Source: a virus. Taken from it: DNA of 64,000 nucleotides. Every line of letters starts with the position of its first letter. Positions within the stretch are counted from its first letter, which is position 1. The stretch spans positions 1-64,000 of IMG/VR virus record IMGVR_UViG_3300035092_000015. The stretch is one strand, 5' to 3'. Positions 29,024-38,326 of the stretch are shown piece after piece. The notes below the pieces were generated by a model. That model saw nothing but the letters and a program-made list of their open reading frames with translations, was not told the DNA's origin and searched no databases. The translations under genes and the position numbers were made by a program.

Positions 29024-29298
29024 TTTTTCCTCCGGTACCGTTTGGCGTCGGGGCAGGTTGCGAAATGCGGCAGGTGCAACGTCCCCGGGGTTTTGGTCGC
29101 GATCTGGGTGTTGGTCAGGACCACCGCGAGCGGCGAGTCGAGCCCGGTGTCGCGCAGCTGAATGTTGCCCTTCGGGTCGGGGTTGGCCTCGACCAGCATT
29201 CGGTCTCTGCTGGTCGCGGCCCACACCAGCTGGGCGTCGGTGCATTTCGCCGAGTCGCACCACGGCCCGACCGGGAACCGGCTACCGGTCAGATCCAC
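29020..29298 (-). CDS. Putative Zn-binding phage protein
   Basis: CDSAKC...HFATCPDA motif. Confidence 0.6.
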   Translation of the reverse strand: MDLTGSRFPVGPWCDSAKCTDAQLVWAATSRDRMLVEANPDPKGNIQLRDTGLDSPLAVVLTNTQIATKTPGTLHLPHFATCPDAKRYRRKK

Positions 29299-29644
29299 CG
29301 TCGTCCCCGTCCAGTTCGGCTGCGATCTGCCCGTAGCGGCGTTGGTACACCTCGACCAGCGGTTCGGCCTTCTCCCGCTCCCACCAGCTGTTCAGATATA
29401 TCAAGGTCCGTTCAAACTCGGCCCGTTCGACGAAGATCGCGCTGTGCACGACCCGGCGCAGCGGGTAGGCCGGGTCGGGGCAGCTGCCGATGAAGATCCC
29501 GACCTTTCCGTCCTCCATGATGGCCGACCACATGATCTTCGTGTGGTTCTCCTCCGCCAGGTGGGCGAAAAGCTCGTACGCGACGGGGAACCCGTCGGGC
29601 TGCGCTTTACCGTCCCAACCGAACGGGGCAGGTTCACGAGCCAT
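29282..29644 (-). CDS. Hypothetical protein
   Basis: Coupled ORF. Confidence 0.5.
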   Translation of the reverse strand: MAREPAPFGWDGKAQPDGFPVAYELFAHLAEENHTKIMWSAIMEDGKVGIFIGSCPDPAYPLRRVVHSAIFVERAEFERTLIYLNSWWEREKAEPLVEVYQRRYGQIAAELDGDDGGSDR

Positions 29645-30866
29645 GACGCGACCCCAACCAGGGCAAGAACCCCTCAAGCTCGACGGCGGTCGCCCGAGCC
29701 AACTCGCCGGGCTGCCCGCGCCACTCGCCGTACAACTCCCGCAGCTTCGACATAGACCACTGCCGGGCGCCGGCCAACGTCGCGACCTGGTTCCACAGGG
29801 CCATACGGTCGGGGGATGGTGAACTCGACGGTGCGGGTGAGGAGGTCGACGAACTGGTTGATCCCGGTCCGGCAGTACCGGCAGGGGCAGCGGCGTTGCC
29901 CGACGGCGGCGGGTCGGCGAGCGATGCCCGGCGGGACTGCCACGCTTGCCGCAGCGCGTCCACCTGCTCCGGTTGGAGCTTGCCGATGTTGTCCTGGATG
30001 TGGCCGCTGACCTGCTTGAGCTTGTCCAGTGTGTCCGCCTGGGCGATCCCACGCCACAAGCTGTTGAAGTCCCATGTGTCCTCGGCGGGGGTTGCGGCGG
30101 CGGGCAGTGCGAGCGGTTGCGGGCCGGGCTCGAGCGCGGGGGCGGGGCGGGCCTCCAATGCCGGCGCGGCGGGTGCGCCGAGCAGCGCCACCGCCGGGGT
30201 CATGTCGATGTGCAGGACCGGGACCATGAACCGGGAGATCATCGTCTTATCTGGGTTGCGCGGATCCGGGACCTCCGCCTGCCGTTCCTCCATCTCCAGC
30301 CGGGCCGGGATGTGGCGGCCCAACGCAGTCAGCAGATCCACCGCGCCGGGCAGTTCGGCAGCCGCGTTGTACCCGTGCGACTCCAAACGCCACACACCCA
30401 TCCCAGGGGTGTCGGCGAGCATCAAGGACACCCGGGTGGTCGGTTTACAGCCGGCTTGTTTCTTGTCCGCCGGGTCCGGCCCGCAGACACACGGCTGGTC
30501 CTCCAAAAGCTCCCGCAGCCCGTCGCAACGACGGGAACACCGGCCGTTGGTCCACTGCTCGTAGTATTGGCTGCAGGCGTTCGGCGGGACGATGACCTGC
30601 AAGCTGGTCTTGTCGATCACCACCTGGTGCTGCAGGGCGCCGTGGTCGGGTTGCCACGGTTCAGGTTCTCCGCCGTACACCAACGCGACCTGTTGGATCA
30701 ACGTCTCGGACCGGGAGGTCAGCCGGAACCGGTCGAGTTTGACCGGCTCCTTGTATTCCTTGCCGGCGCGGCTGGTTTTCGGGCGGCTGGTGCCGAGCCG
30801 GATCCGGCCCACTTCGACCTGCCGCGCCTGCACGTCGGCCAGCCGGCGGGGGGTAGGAAGCGTCAT
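29634..30866 (-). CDS. Recombination directionality factor-like (Gp3-like) protein, probable ssDNA-annealing partner
   Basis: GRIRLG, KLDRFRLTS, RRCDG, CKPTTRVSLML, GVWRLESHGYNAAAEL. Lies near a PD-(D/E)XK nuclease. Confidence 0.7.
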   Translation of the reverse strand: MTLPTPRRLADVQARQVEVGRIRLGTSRPKTSRAGKEYKEPVKLDRFRLTSRSETLIQQVALVYGGEPEPWQPDHGALQHQVVIDKTSLQVIVPPNACSQYYEQWTNGRCSRRCDGLRELLEDQPCVCGPDPADKKQAGCKPTTRVSLMLADTPGMGVWRLESHGYNAAAELPGAVDLLTALGRHIPARLEMEERQAEVPDPRNPDKTMISRFMVPVLHIDMTPAVALLGAPAAPALEARPAPALEPGPQPLALPAAATPAEDTWDFNSLWRGIAQADTLDKLKQVSGHIQDNIGKLQPEQVDALRQAWQSRRASLADPPPSGNAAAPAGTAGPGSTSSSTSSPAPSSSPSPDRMALWNQVATLAGARQWSMSKLRELYGEWRGQPGELARATAVELEGFLPWLGSRHGS

Positions 30867-31243
30867 GTGTTACGCACCGCCTCGAGGGTCTGTTCGAATG
30901 TCGGCTCGTGTGGTTTGCGGTTGACCTCGCCGACCAGCGTCAGCCAGGCGGCGAGCCGGAACGCGGCGGCGCTGTCGAGCTTCCGGCCGGACGGGTTGAG
31001 CAGGATGGTGGTCTGCAGGCCGGTGCTGCCGACCATGAAGTCGTTGGTCGCGTCGACCGGGGTGGCGAACTTGGCGGTCTGCAGCCGCAGACGTTCGACC
31101 TCGGTATTCTGGTAGCCGGTGTACCCGCTGCGAGCCTGCGCCGCAGCCTTGTCCACGACGCCTTTCGGGGGCGGTTCGGTGTACACCCCATGCACCACCG
31201 CGCCGTTCAACCCGATGTCTGACACTAGCACAAACACATCCAT
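30863..31243 (-). CDS. Hypothetical protein
   Basis: GAGAGGA RBS. Confidence 0.5.
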   Translation of the reverse strand: MDVFVLVSDIGLNGAVVHGVYTEPPPKGVVDKAAAQARSGYTGYQNTEVERLRLQTAKFATPVDATNDFMVGSTGLQTTILLNPSGRKLDSAAAFRLAAWLTLVGEVNRKPHEPTFEQTLEAVRNT

Positions 31244-31254
31244 GGCGGTTCCTC

Positions 31255-32631
31255 TCAGAACGGCAGCGGCTCGTCCAACAGAGCCAGCTGTGGCGGGCCG
31301 ATCTTGAACTTAGACGACATCGTGGCGGTGGTCACCGACCCGGCGGCTTTGATCAACTCCGCGTTGGCGGCGAGGTCAGCCGCGATCGCCGCTTGGACGC
31401 GGGCTTTCTGCGCCTGCGCGACCGGCGCCAGCGGCAGGTCGGGCAGCGGCGGTTCCTCCTCGGACAGCCAGGAATCGAGCGGATCCGGCCCGTTCGACAT
31501 GTTCTCGGTGCCGGCGAAATGCTCCTGCGCAGTCCGGTGGACCCCATGCGGGTCGCCCATCTCACACAGATAGCAGCCCGGCTCGAGAGCCAACTCGATT
31601 GCCTCTTGGACCGCCGCGAAGTCCACCCCAGCCGGGTCGTCCTCCGCGACATCCATCACGGCCAGCGCCGCGTCCGACACCTGCGCCCGGATGGGCATCT
31701 GATCCAACGGCGGATCGAACGGCTTCTTCCCGATCCCGGTGATCCACCGGTACGCCGTCAACACCCCCAGGAACGCGTCGAACGCACCATCGTCCGACAA
31801 CATCGCCTTGAACGTGTACGATTCCGGGCGCAGCTGCAACACCGCCCGCGCCCAGGTCGACGGCGCCTCGAACTCCTGCCCGTCCGACAACATCGCCACC
31901 TGGCACCGCTCGTACGCTACCGCCTGCAACGGCATGTCGTAGTACAGCCGCTCGTCCGGCTTCTCCCGGGTCTTGTAGTCCACCCGGATAAGCTCCGCGT
32001 CCCCACCGCCGACCCGGTCCAGGAACTCATCCGCCCACCGCGACGCGCCCCGCCGGACCCACACCGCCCCGTCCGACGTGCCGGCGTAGCCGTGCAGGCG
32101 GTTCAACAACGTCACCTCGGTCTGCTCCCACGAACCGGCCCCATCCGGGCCATTCGGGTGTAGACCGTAGTCGGTCACCCACTGGTGGAACTGGTCCATG
32201 TACGGGCGGACCTCCGGACGGATCGAGATCTGCGACCCACCCCCGAGAATCCACGCGTTGATCGCCTCGTGCACCTCCGTCCCCTCCTGCGATCGGCGGT
32301 TCGACTCCGCCTCATGCCGCCACGCGACGCGGCGCCACCAGCAACGTTCGCACCGGCCACACGGGCAACGTTCGCAGGTCTGGCCCCGGCCGTGTTTCAG
32401 GTAGCACTTGTTGAACGTGTTCCCGCACGCTGGGGTCATCTGCGCAGCCCAGATCGCCGGCAGGTTGTCCACCGCATAGTCCGCCGCGACCATTCCGGCC
32501 CAGATCTTCAACGCCGCCTTGTCCACCAGGTCCAGGATGGTGGTGACCGAGTCGAACCGTTCATTGGTCAACGGATGCACGTAGTACTTGCCACCGGCTG
32601 GGTTGGTCTGACGGTTGGCCGGTTCAGCCAC
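31255..32631 (-). CDS. PD-(D/E)XK exonuclease (RecE/Cas4-like) with Cys-rich insertion
   Basis: SVTTIL, GTEVH, YAGTSD, VDYKT, QAVAY. Confidence 0.8.
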   Translation of the reverse strand: MAEPANRQTNPAGGKYYVHPLTNERFDSVTTILDLVDKAALKIWAGMVAADYAVDNLPAIWAAQMTPACGNTFNKCYLKHGRGQTCERCPCGRCERCWWRRVAWRHEAESNRRSQEGTEVHEAINAWILGGGSQISIRPEVRPYMDQFHQWVTDYGLHPNGPDGAGSWEQTEVTLLNRLHGYAGTSDGAVWVRRGASRWADEFLDRVGGGDAELIRVDYKTREKPDERLYYDMPLQAVAYERCQVAMLSDGQEFEAPSTWARAVLQLRPESYTFKAMLSDDGAFDAFLGVLTAYRWITGIGKKPFDPPLDQMPIRAQVSDAALAVMDVAEDDPAGVDFAAVQEAIELALEPGCYLCEMGDPHGVHRTAQEHFAGTENMSNGPDPLDSWLSEEEPPLPDLPLAPVAQAQKARVQAAIAADLAANAELIKAAGSVTTATMSSKFKIGPPQLALLDEPLPF

Positions 32632-32818
32632 TGGACAGCTCCTGTTCGAACAGACGGTGCACGGCTGCGGCGGGGATCCGCCACCGCTTGCCTGGACGGA
32701 TGGCCTCGATCCGGCCGGTCCTAGCCCAATCGGACACAGTCCGGCGGGACAGGCGCAGCATCTTGGCGACCTCGCCGGTGGTGTAGGTGCAACGTTCGCG
32801 TGGCGGGTGGTACGTCAT
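32624..32818 (-). CDS. Excisionase/MerR-like HTH DNA-binding protein
   Basis: YTTGEVAKMLRLSRRTVSDWARTGRIEAIRPGKRWRIP. Confidence 0.85.
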   Translation of the reverse strand: MTYHPPRERCTYTTGEVAKMLRLSRRTVSDWARTGRIEAIRPGKRWRIPAAAVHRLFEQELSSG

Positions 32819-32846
32819 CGGAGGTGGCGCTCCTGCGGGTCCGGTG

Positions 32847-33386
32847 TCAGGTCACGTGGCTGACTGGGGTGGCGGTGCCGATCCAACTGTGGATCTGCCC
32901 GTCGGTCACCACCGGGTCGGCGGTGTTGGACAGCAGCCACTCCTGGGCTGCTGCCTTGCGGGCCTGCTCGTTCTCGGCCCGAACCCGTCTCTGGTTGGCC
33001 GCCCCGGTGATCTCATACCGGGAGAACCGGTCCCACCGGTGTTGCCCGATCCGCTCCTGGTAGTGCTCGTCACGTCGGCGCAGCCAACGCTGCGCCAACC
33101 CGTCCAACACCCAGTACGACCGGTCGGACAAGGACTGCCACAGCAGCGACAGCACAGCCACGGTCGGGCGGATCAGCCGCTGCGGTGCCGGTTCGGATCG
33201 GGTCCGCAGCAGCGCACCGAGTTCGTCTTCCAACAGCCGCAGCTTGTAATGCGCCAGAGTGGCCTCCACCCCCGAACCGATCGTGTACACCACGGCCAGG
33301 ACCGGCAGCCAGTACACGCCGGTCAAGAGCGCGGCGACGATCAACACGGACACGGCGGGTACGGTACGGACCAGCCAGGACAACAT
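32847..33386 (-). CDS. Membrane protein
   Basis: GGAGG RBS, N-terminal TM segments. Confidence 0.5.
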   Translation of the reverse strand: MLSWLVRTVPAVSVLIVAALLTGVYWLPVLAVVYTIGSGVEATLAHYKLRLLEDELGALLRTRSEPAPQRLIRPTVAVLSLLWQSLSDRSYWVLDGLAQRWLRRRDEHYQERIGQHRWDRFSRYEITGAANQRRVRAENEQARKAAAQEWLLSNTADPVVTDGQIHSWIGTATPVSHVT

Positions 33387-33400
33387 CGGAACCTCCGGGG

Positions 33401-33664
33401 TCAGGCCGCTTGCTGCTGGGGATTACTGTTCTCGTGCACGCGCAGCCAACGACGCGGCACTTCGTGGGTGATGTAGACCCGGGACTTCGAATCGGTCACG
33501 TTCCGGTTGATGATCTCCATCATCTCGTCCCGAATAGCAACGAAGGTAGCGGGCGGGTCGCCGCCGCGCCGCTTCTGGATGAACTCGATCGGGTCGCACC
33601 CGAGACGAGAGGCGACCAGCTGGTACAGCGGCCGGTCGGCCAGAGGTGTGGGGGTATCTGCCAT
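33401..33664 (-). CDS. Small putative DNA-binding regulator (leaderless first gene of left arm)
   Basis: ATG 6 nt after a -10 box, helical with terminal xRRW motif. Confidence 0.5.
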   Translation of the reverse strand: MADTPTPLADRPLYQLVASRLGCDPIEFIQKRRGGDPPATFVAIRDEMMEIINRNVTDSKSRVYITHEVPRRWLRVHENSNPQQQAA

Positions 33665-33670
33665 CGGTCA

Positions 33671-33700
33671 AGCAAACCACGGCAAAGTGAAACCCGTCAA
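33671..33700 (-). promoter_or_regulatory. Leftward promoter of central divergence
   Basis: TTGACG-N18-TTTGCT preceded by TGG, at the strand switch. Confidence 0.55.
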
Positions 33701-33722
33701 GCAACCTGGCGTGGCACGTCGC

Positions 33723-33751
33723 TTGACACACCAGCTGTGGGTTGGTATGCT
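33723..33751 (+). promoter_or_regulatory. Rightward promoter driving purZ0 operon
   Basis: TTGACA-N17-TATGCT, ATG 7 nt downstream (leaderless). Confidence 0.75.
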
Positions 33752-33758
33752 CGGACCC

Positions 33759-34115
33759 ATGACCCTGACACCGACTGACCCTGCCCTGCCCACCGCCCAC
33801 GACCTCGGCCTGCAACGGTTCGACGAAGTCATCGCCCGTCTGGAGCAGCTGGGCTGGCGCCGCCTGCGCGTCGACACCCTCGTGTGGGAGGCCGACCAAG
33901 CCAACCACCCCCGGGCGCTGCCCACCGTCCGGCACCACTACGACCACGGGGTGTGGGAGCTGTACTACGAACTGGACCGGTACTGGAACCACGACACCAA
34001 GCCGTTCTCGATCGCTCGGCTCGACCAGGCCGACCTGCCCACCGTCAACCAGGTGCTGGCCCAGCTGTTCGGCAAACACCTGCGTCGGTACGTCACAACC
34101 CAACGCAGCGCATGA
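33759..34115 (+). CDS. Hypothetical protein
   Basis: Leaderless start, ATGA coupling to next gene. Confidence 0.55.
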   Translation: MTLTPTDPALPTAHDLGLQRFDEVIARLEQLGWRRLRVDTLVWEADQANHPRALPTVRHHYDHGVWELYYELDRYWNHDTKPFSIARLDQADLPTVNQVLAQLFGKHLRRYVTTQRSA

Positions 34116-34342
34116 TCCAGGAGCTTAGCGCCGTCGAACGGACCGCGCTGCACATCGTGGTCGAAGGCGCCAAAACCGCCGTCGAGATGTTCCAGGAACA
34201 ACCAGCCAAAACCGCCGACGGGACCTTGGTCGACGACACCACCTGCCGTCAGATCGCGCTGCTCGCCGCGAACCTCACCCACGCCATCGCCTGCTACCCC
34301 CACGTCCTGCTCGAACTCGCCGCCCAGGAGGAACCGACATGA
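34112..34342 (+). CDS. Hypothetical protein
   Basis: Coupled, contains the AGGAGG RBS for purZ. Confidence 0.5.
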   Translation: MIQELSAVERTALHIVVEGAKTAVEMFQEQPAKTADGTLVDDTTCRQIALLAANLTHAIACYPHVLLELAAQEEPT

Positions 34343-35388
34343 CCCGAGGCACCATCCAAGTCATCGCAGGCGGACAGTACGGATCCGAAGCGAAAGGCGC
34401 CGTCGCCGGCTACCTGGCCGCCGAACAGGAACAGATGCTCGCGATCCGGGTCGCTGGCCCCAACGCCGGACATTCGGTGGTCGACCCGATCACCGGCGAG
34501 AAGTACGCCCTGCGGCAGATCCCCGCCGCCGCTGTTACCAACCCCGGCGCGTCGCTGTGCATCGCCGCCGGATCCGAGATCGACCCGTACGTGCTGCACG
34601 AAGAGATCGCCTGGCTCGAACGCGGCGGGATCCACGTCAAGGACCGGTTGTTGATCGACCCGGCCGCGACCTGGCTCACCCAGGACCACAAAGACCGCGA
34701 AATCACCGCCGGGATCGTCGGGCGGATCGGGTCCACCGGGAAAGGGATCGGCGCTGCCCGCGCCGCCCGGATCATGCGCGAAGCCCGCACCGTCGGACAG
34801 CACCGGTCCGAGTTCGAACAGTACGGACACATCGGGTCCGTTGCTACCGCCGCCCGGTCCGTACTGCGCGGCGGGGCCACGGTCCAGATCGAAGGGACAC
34901 AAGGGTACGGGTTGGGGCTGCACGGGGAACACTACCCGCAATGCACCTCCTCGGATTGCACCGCGTTGGATTTCCTGCAGATGGCCCGGGTCAACCCGTG
35001 GGAAGCCGACCAGCTGCAGGTGTGGCTGGTGTTCCGGCCCTACCCGATCCGGGTCGCCGGCAACTCCGGATATCTGTACGGCGAGACCAGCTGGGAGGCA
35101 CTCGGGCTGGCACCGGAGATGACCACCGTCACCAAGAATATCCGCCGGGTCGGGCAGTGGGACGGCGGGCTGGCGTACGCCGCGATGCAAGCCAACGGTG
35201 GGTCGCGTGTCGTGTGGCCGGTGCTGACCATGGCCGACCAGATCGACCCTGCCCTGGCCGGGGTGACCGACTCTGACACGGTGCTCGGGTCGGATCTGCT
35301 CGGGCAGTTCCTGAAGATCTTCGAAGCCGACGTCGGGCTCGAACCGTGCATGATCACCACCTCCGACCGCACCTGCGTGAGGCTGTGA
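34339..35388 (+). CDS. purZ: PurA paralogue, PurZ0-type 2-amino-deoxyadenylosuccinate synthetase
   Basis: GGQYGSEAKG (Ser replaces the PurA catalytic Asp of GDEGKG), GPNAGH, GSTGKGIG, EGTQG, YPQCTS, PIRVAGNSG, TTVTK..RRV, and LTMAD (GTP-type TxxD). Confidence 0.85.
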   Translation: MTRGTIQVIAGGQYGSEAKGAVAGYLAAEQEQMLAIRVAGPNAGHSVVDPITGEKYALRQIPAAAVTNPGASLCIAAGSEIDPYVLHEEIAWLERGGIHVKDRLLIDPAATWLTQDHKDREITAGIVGRIGSTGKGIGAARAARIMREARTVGQHRSEFEQYGHIGSVATAARSVLRGGATVQIEGTQGYGLGLHGEHYPQCTSSDCTALDFLQMARVNPWEADQLQVWLVFRPYPIRVAGNSGYLYGETSWEALGLAPEMTTVTKNIRRVGQWDGGLAYAAMQANGGSRVVWPVLTMADQIDPALAGVTDSDTVLGSDLLGQFLKIFEADVGLEPCMITTSDRTCVRL

Positions 35389-35963
35389 TGGCCAAGAAGA
35401 AGCTCCCCCTGCAGGTCGCCTGCTCGACTTGCCACCGGCAGTACAAACCCCGACCCAACAACACCCTGCCCCGCCACAAAGACGGACTGCGGTGGTGCCC
35501 CGGCAGCTACCAGCCGCCCGCCGCACCCGACGACAACGCCACACCCGGCGGCAGTGGGTTTGCTTGGCTGCCCACCCCCGAACCGATCCTGATCGAAGTG
35601 CCCCGAGTCGGGGCGAAAGCACAACCACTGGCCGATTGGTGGGCCGCCCGCGCCCTGGCCGAGATCGAGATGGTCGTGGCGAAAGCCGTCGAATACGGCG
35701 CCACCGACCTGCGCGACCTGGGCTACCAGATGCTGGACATGGCCGGGCGGCGCGAGCAGTTCATGGACCCGGAGGACCTGCACTACAGCGACGCCTACGC
35801 CACCGAGGTCGGGATCGTCTTCTACGCCCAAGGGAAACTCGCCCGCGCCGTGGCCGCGATCAAAGAAGGCCGACGGCCCTCAGTCGATACCTGGCTGGAC
35901 CTCGGGGTGTACGCCCGGATGGCCCAACGGGTCCACGACCGAGGCGGCTGGCCCGGTGTCTAG
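35388..35963 (+). CDS. Zn-ribbon plus Nmad1/DUF1599-like (MazG-fold) nucleotide pyrophosphohydrolase candidate
   Basis: K..EYG..DL ... KLAR ... DTWLDLGVY pattern, TGATG-coupled to purZ. Confidence 0.6.
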   Translation: MAKKKLPLQVACSTCHRQYKPRPNNTLPRHKDGLRWCPGSYQPPAAPDDNATPGGSGFAWLPTPEPILIEVPRVGAKAQPLADWWAARALAEIEMVVAKAVEYGATDLRDLGYQMLDMAGRREQFMDPEDLHYSDAYATEVGIVFYAQGKLARAVAAIKEGRRPSVDTWLDLGVYARMAQRVHDRGGWPGV

Positions 35964-36041
35964 CCGGCACTGGTTCGACCCGATCCCCGCCTGCATCTAC
36001 TGGGTGTGGTTCATCCTGACTTACTGCACTGGCAGCTGACC

Positions 36042-36287
36042 ATGCCCACCCGGATATCCACCGCAGACGAACACTACTGGGAGCAGCAAGCCCGACACCT
36101 GGTCGCCTGCGACACCTGCCCCGCCCCGATCGACCAACCATGCCACTACCCGACCAGCGGAGTCGAAGCGTCAGTGTGCTGCCACACCAGCCGGATGGTC
36201 AAAGCCGTCAACCACCCCGACTGGGCCGGAAGGAAACCCAAATGGCTACCGACGAAACAATGCGCGACTGGCTCGCCCCCCAGATGA
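36042..36287 (+). CDS. Small Zn-finger protein
   Basis: CDTCPA...PC...CHTSR. Confidence 0.5.
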   Translation: MPTRISTADEHYWEQQARHLVACDTCPAPIDQPCHYPTSGVEASVCCHTSRMVKAVNHPDWAGRKPKWLPTKQCATGSPPR

Positions 36288-36532
36288 GACGCGCCGACTG
36301 CCCCGAACCCGACTGCAACATGTGGGCCGGACATCAAGGGCTACACTCCATCGCCCCCCGGGCTAGGCACACCATCCCCGGCTGGGCAGTGACCCTGTTC
36401 GCACTCACCGCCGGGCTGGCCATGCTAGCCGCCGCCGCCCGGATCCATCTGGAAACCGCCCTGCTCGCCGGCTGCGGGACGCTGCTGGTCGGCACCGCCA
36501 TCGCCGCGATCAACGAGATGAGGAGACACTGA
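36242..36532 (+). CDS. Small membrane protein
   Basis: GAAGGA RBS, two TM segments. Confidence 0.5.
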   Translation: MATDETMRDWLAPQMRRADCPEPDCNMWAGHQGLHSIAPRARHTIPGWAVTLFALTAGLAMLAAAARIHLETALLAGCGTLLVGTAIAAINEMRRH

Positions 36533-37485
36533 TGGGCACACCCTGGGGCGACCAACCCCCACTCGTCTACTTCGCCGAACCGATCGACAAAGCCCACGGG
36601 CAGAACTTCGCCATCGCCGCCACCATGCACGGCGCACTCACCACCTGGGGCTGCACCACCTACCGCCCCAGCGCAGCCTGGAAAGCCACCCACCTGGACT
36701 GGCGGGTCGACCACCTCAACCGGCAAGCGCTACGCCTGGCCGACCTGATCGTCGCCTACCTCGACGAACACACCCCATCGATCGGAGTCCCCGCCGAGAT
36801 CGAAGCCGCCACCGCCCAGAAAATCCCCGCCATCGTGCACTACACCGGCACCTCGTTCGTCCTGGCCGGCAACCCCCTGGTCACCGTCATCACCAAAACC
36901 GAAGACCTGGTCGCAGCGGTGATGCGAGCATTGAAAGACCACCCCCGGCCCGACCGGGCCGCCGACCACCAACTGGCCCGGACCCTCGCATCGGGTGGTT
37001 CGGTCAGCCTCGGCACCATCACCCCCGCACAGGCCACCGCCCTGGTCGCCAAGATCAACGGCCCCGAACCGATCCGGCTGGTCGTCACCGAAGGCGCCGC
37101 CCCACCCCAGCGGGTCTACCAAGACGACGCCGGAATCGACCTCACCACCGCCGCCGAGATCGTCATCAACCCCGGACAGTACGTCGACGTCCCCACCCAG
37201 GTCGAAGCCACCCAACTCCCCTCCGGATACTGGGGGTTGATCACCGGCCGCTCGAGTGCGCTGCGGAAATGGCGCCTGCACATCCCCATCGCCGTGATCG
37301 ACCCCGGCTGGCGCGGCCCGCTGTTCGTCGGGGTGTGGAACCTCGGCGGGAACCCCGTCACCGTCAAAGCCGGCGACCGGCTCGGCCAGCTGATCCTCAT
37401 CCCCAACCACACCGCCCCGATCGAAGTCGTCGCGGCGGTTGAAGACCACCCCCGGGGTTTGAAAGGATTCGGCTCGAGCGGATGA
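36532..37485 (+). CDS. Fusion of nucleoside 2-deoxyribosyltransferase/N-glycosidase-like domain and trimeric dUTPase-like domain
   Basis: N-term VYFAEPID...ADLIVA...SIGVPAEIEAA. C-term DAGIDL, GRSS, VIDPGWRG, GDRLGQ, RGLKGFGSSG. Confidence 0.8.
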   Translation: MGTPWGDQPPLVYFAEPIDKAHGQNFAIAATMHGALTTWGCTTYRPSAAWKATHLDWRVDHLNRQALRLADLIVAYLDEHTPSIGVPAEIEAATAQKIPAIVHYTGTSFVLAGNPLVTVITKTEDLVAAVMRALKDHPRPDRAADHQLARTLASGGSVSLGTITPAQATALVAKINGPEPIRLVVTEGAAPPQRVYQDDAGIDLTTAAEIVINPGQYVDVPTQVEATQLPSGYWGLITGRSSALRKWRLHIPIAVIDPGWRGPLFVGVWNLGGNPVTVKAGDRLGQLILIPNHTAPIEVVAAVEDHPRGLKGFGSSG

Positions 37486-37925
37486 AACCCAGCCACCAAT
37501 GCCGGGTCTGCGGACGGTGGCTCGAAGGCGAGTGGAACCGGACCACCGACCCAGACCTGCAGGCCGCCCTGCAACGGCAGATGAACCAAGGCCACTGCGA
37601 CGGGTGCACACCCGACCTCGAACGGCCCCACCAATGGCGACCCACCCGGCTCGGCGTCACCCGGATCCTGCAAACCGAACGGCTGGCCATCCACCGGATC
37701 AACTACCTGTGGTGGTGCGCCTGGTGCGGCACACAGACCAGACAACCCGACTACCCCGGCGGGACCTGCAACCAACACCGCCTGGCCGAACTGACCGGCC
37801 GGACCTACACCGTCGACACCAAACCGACCCTCCCAGGAAGGCCACCCAACCGGACATGGCACTCGACTACCAATGCGTGTACTGCCGCCCCCAACCCCAC
37901 GCACGATTCCACAACGGGACATTGA
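37482..37925 (+). CDS. Cys-rich hypothetical protein
   Basis: Multiple CxxC, ATGA coupling. Confidence 0.45.
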   Translation: MKPSHQCRVCGRWLEGEWNRTTDPDLQAALQRQMNQGHCDGCTPDLERPHQWRPTRLGVTRILQTERLAIHRINYLWWCAWCGTQTRQPDYPGGTCNQHRLAELTGRTYTVDTKPTLPGRPPNRTWHSTTNACTAAPNPTHDSTTGH

Positions 37926-38146
37926 TCGAGATCGCCCTACACCACACCGGACGGCGCTGCCACGGCGACATCACCCGGCTCACACCCACCGAATGGGACA
38001 GTTACGCCCCCGCACACGTGGACACCGAGCTGCGCCAGAAATGGGTCCGAGGGTGGCAGGCAACCCAATCACCCGACGCGAAACCACCCAAACCCGACCG
38101 GGTACGCCCCGCCGGGACCGTCCGCCGGCCCACCCCCCGCCGGTAG
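37856..38146 (+). CDS. Hypothetical protein
   Basis: CVYC...H...C pattern. Confidence 0.4.
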   Translation: MALDYQCVYCRPQPHARFHNGTLIEIALHHTGRRCHGDITRLTPTEWDSYAPAHVDTELRQKWVRGWQATQSPDAKPPKPDRVRPAGTVRRPTPRR

Positions 38147-38326
38147 GGTGTTGTCCCGCCAGAACCAGCGGTACGATAGACGATCCGCGTCCGGGGACAG
38201 GAGCGGGGGGCTGCGCCGCCACGCGCAACCCCCCACCTGCTGACACCGGAACCCGCAAGACCACCCGGATCAATCCTAGCACAACCGGCCCCCGACGGCC
38301 GCCAACCACAACAAGAGGGGGGACGA

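Noticed and set aside
31255-32631. Cas4/CRISPR association
   Set aside because: No repeat-spacer array is seen. The PD-(D/E)XK nuclease sits near a Gp3-like recombination gene, consistent with a phage recombination pair.
34339-35388. Ordinary purA adenylosuccinate synthetase
   Set aside because: The catalytic Asp of GDEGKG is Ser, the protein is short, and neighbours are nucleotide-pool enzymes, so PurZ0 fits better. Biochemistry is still needed.
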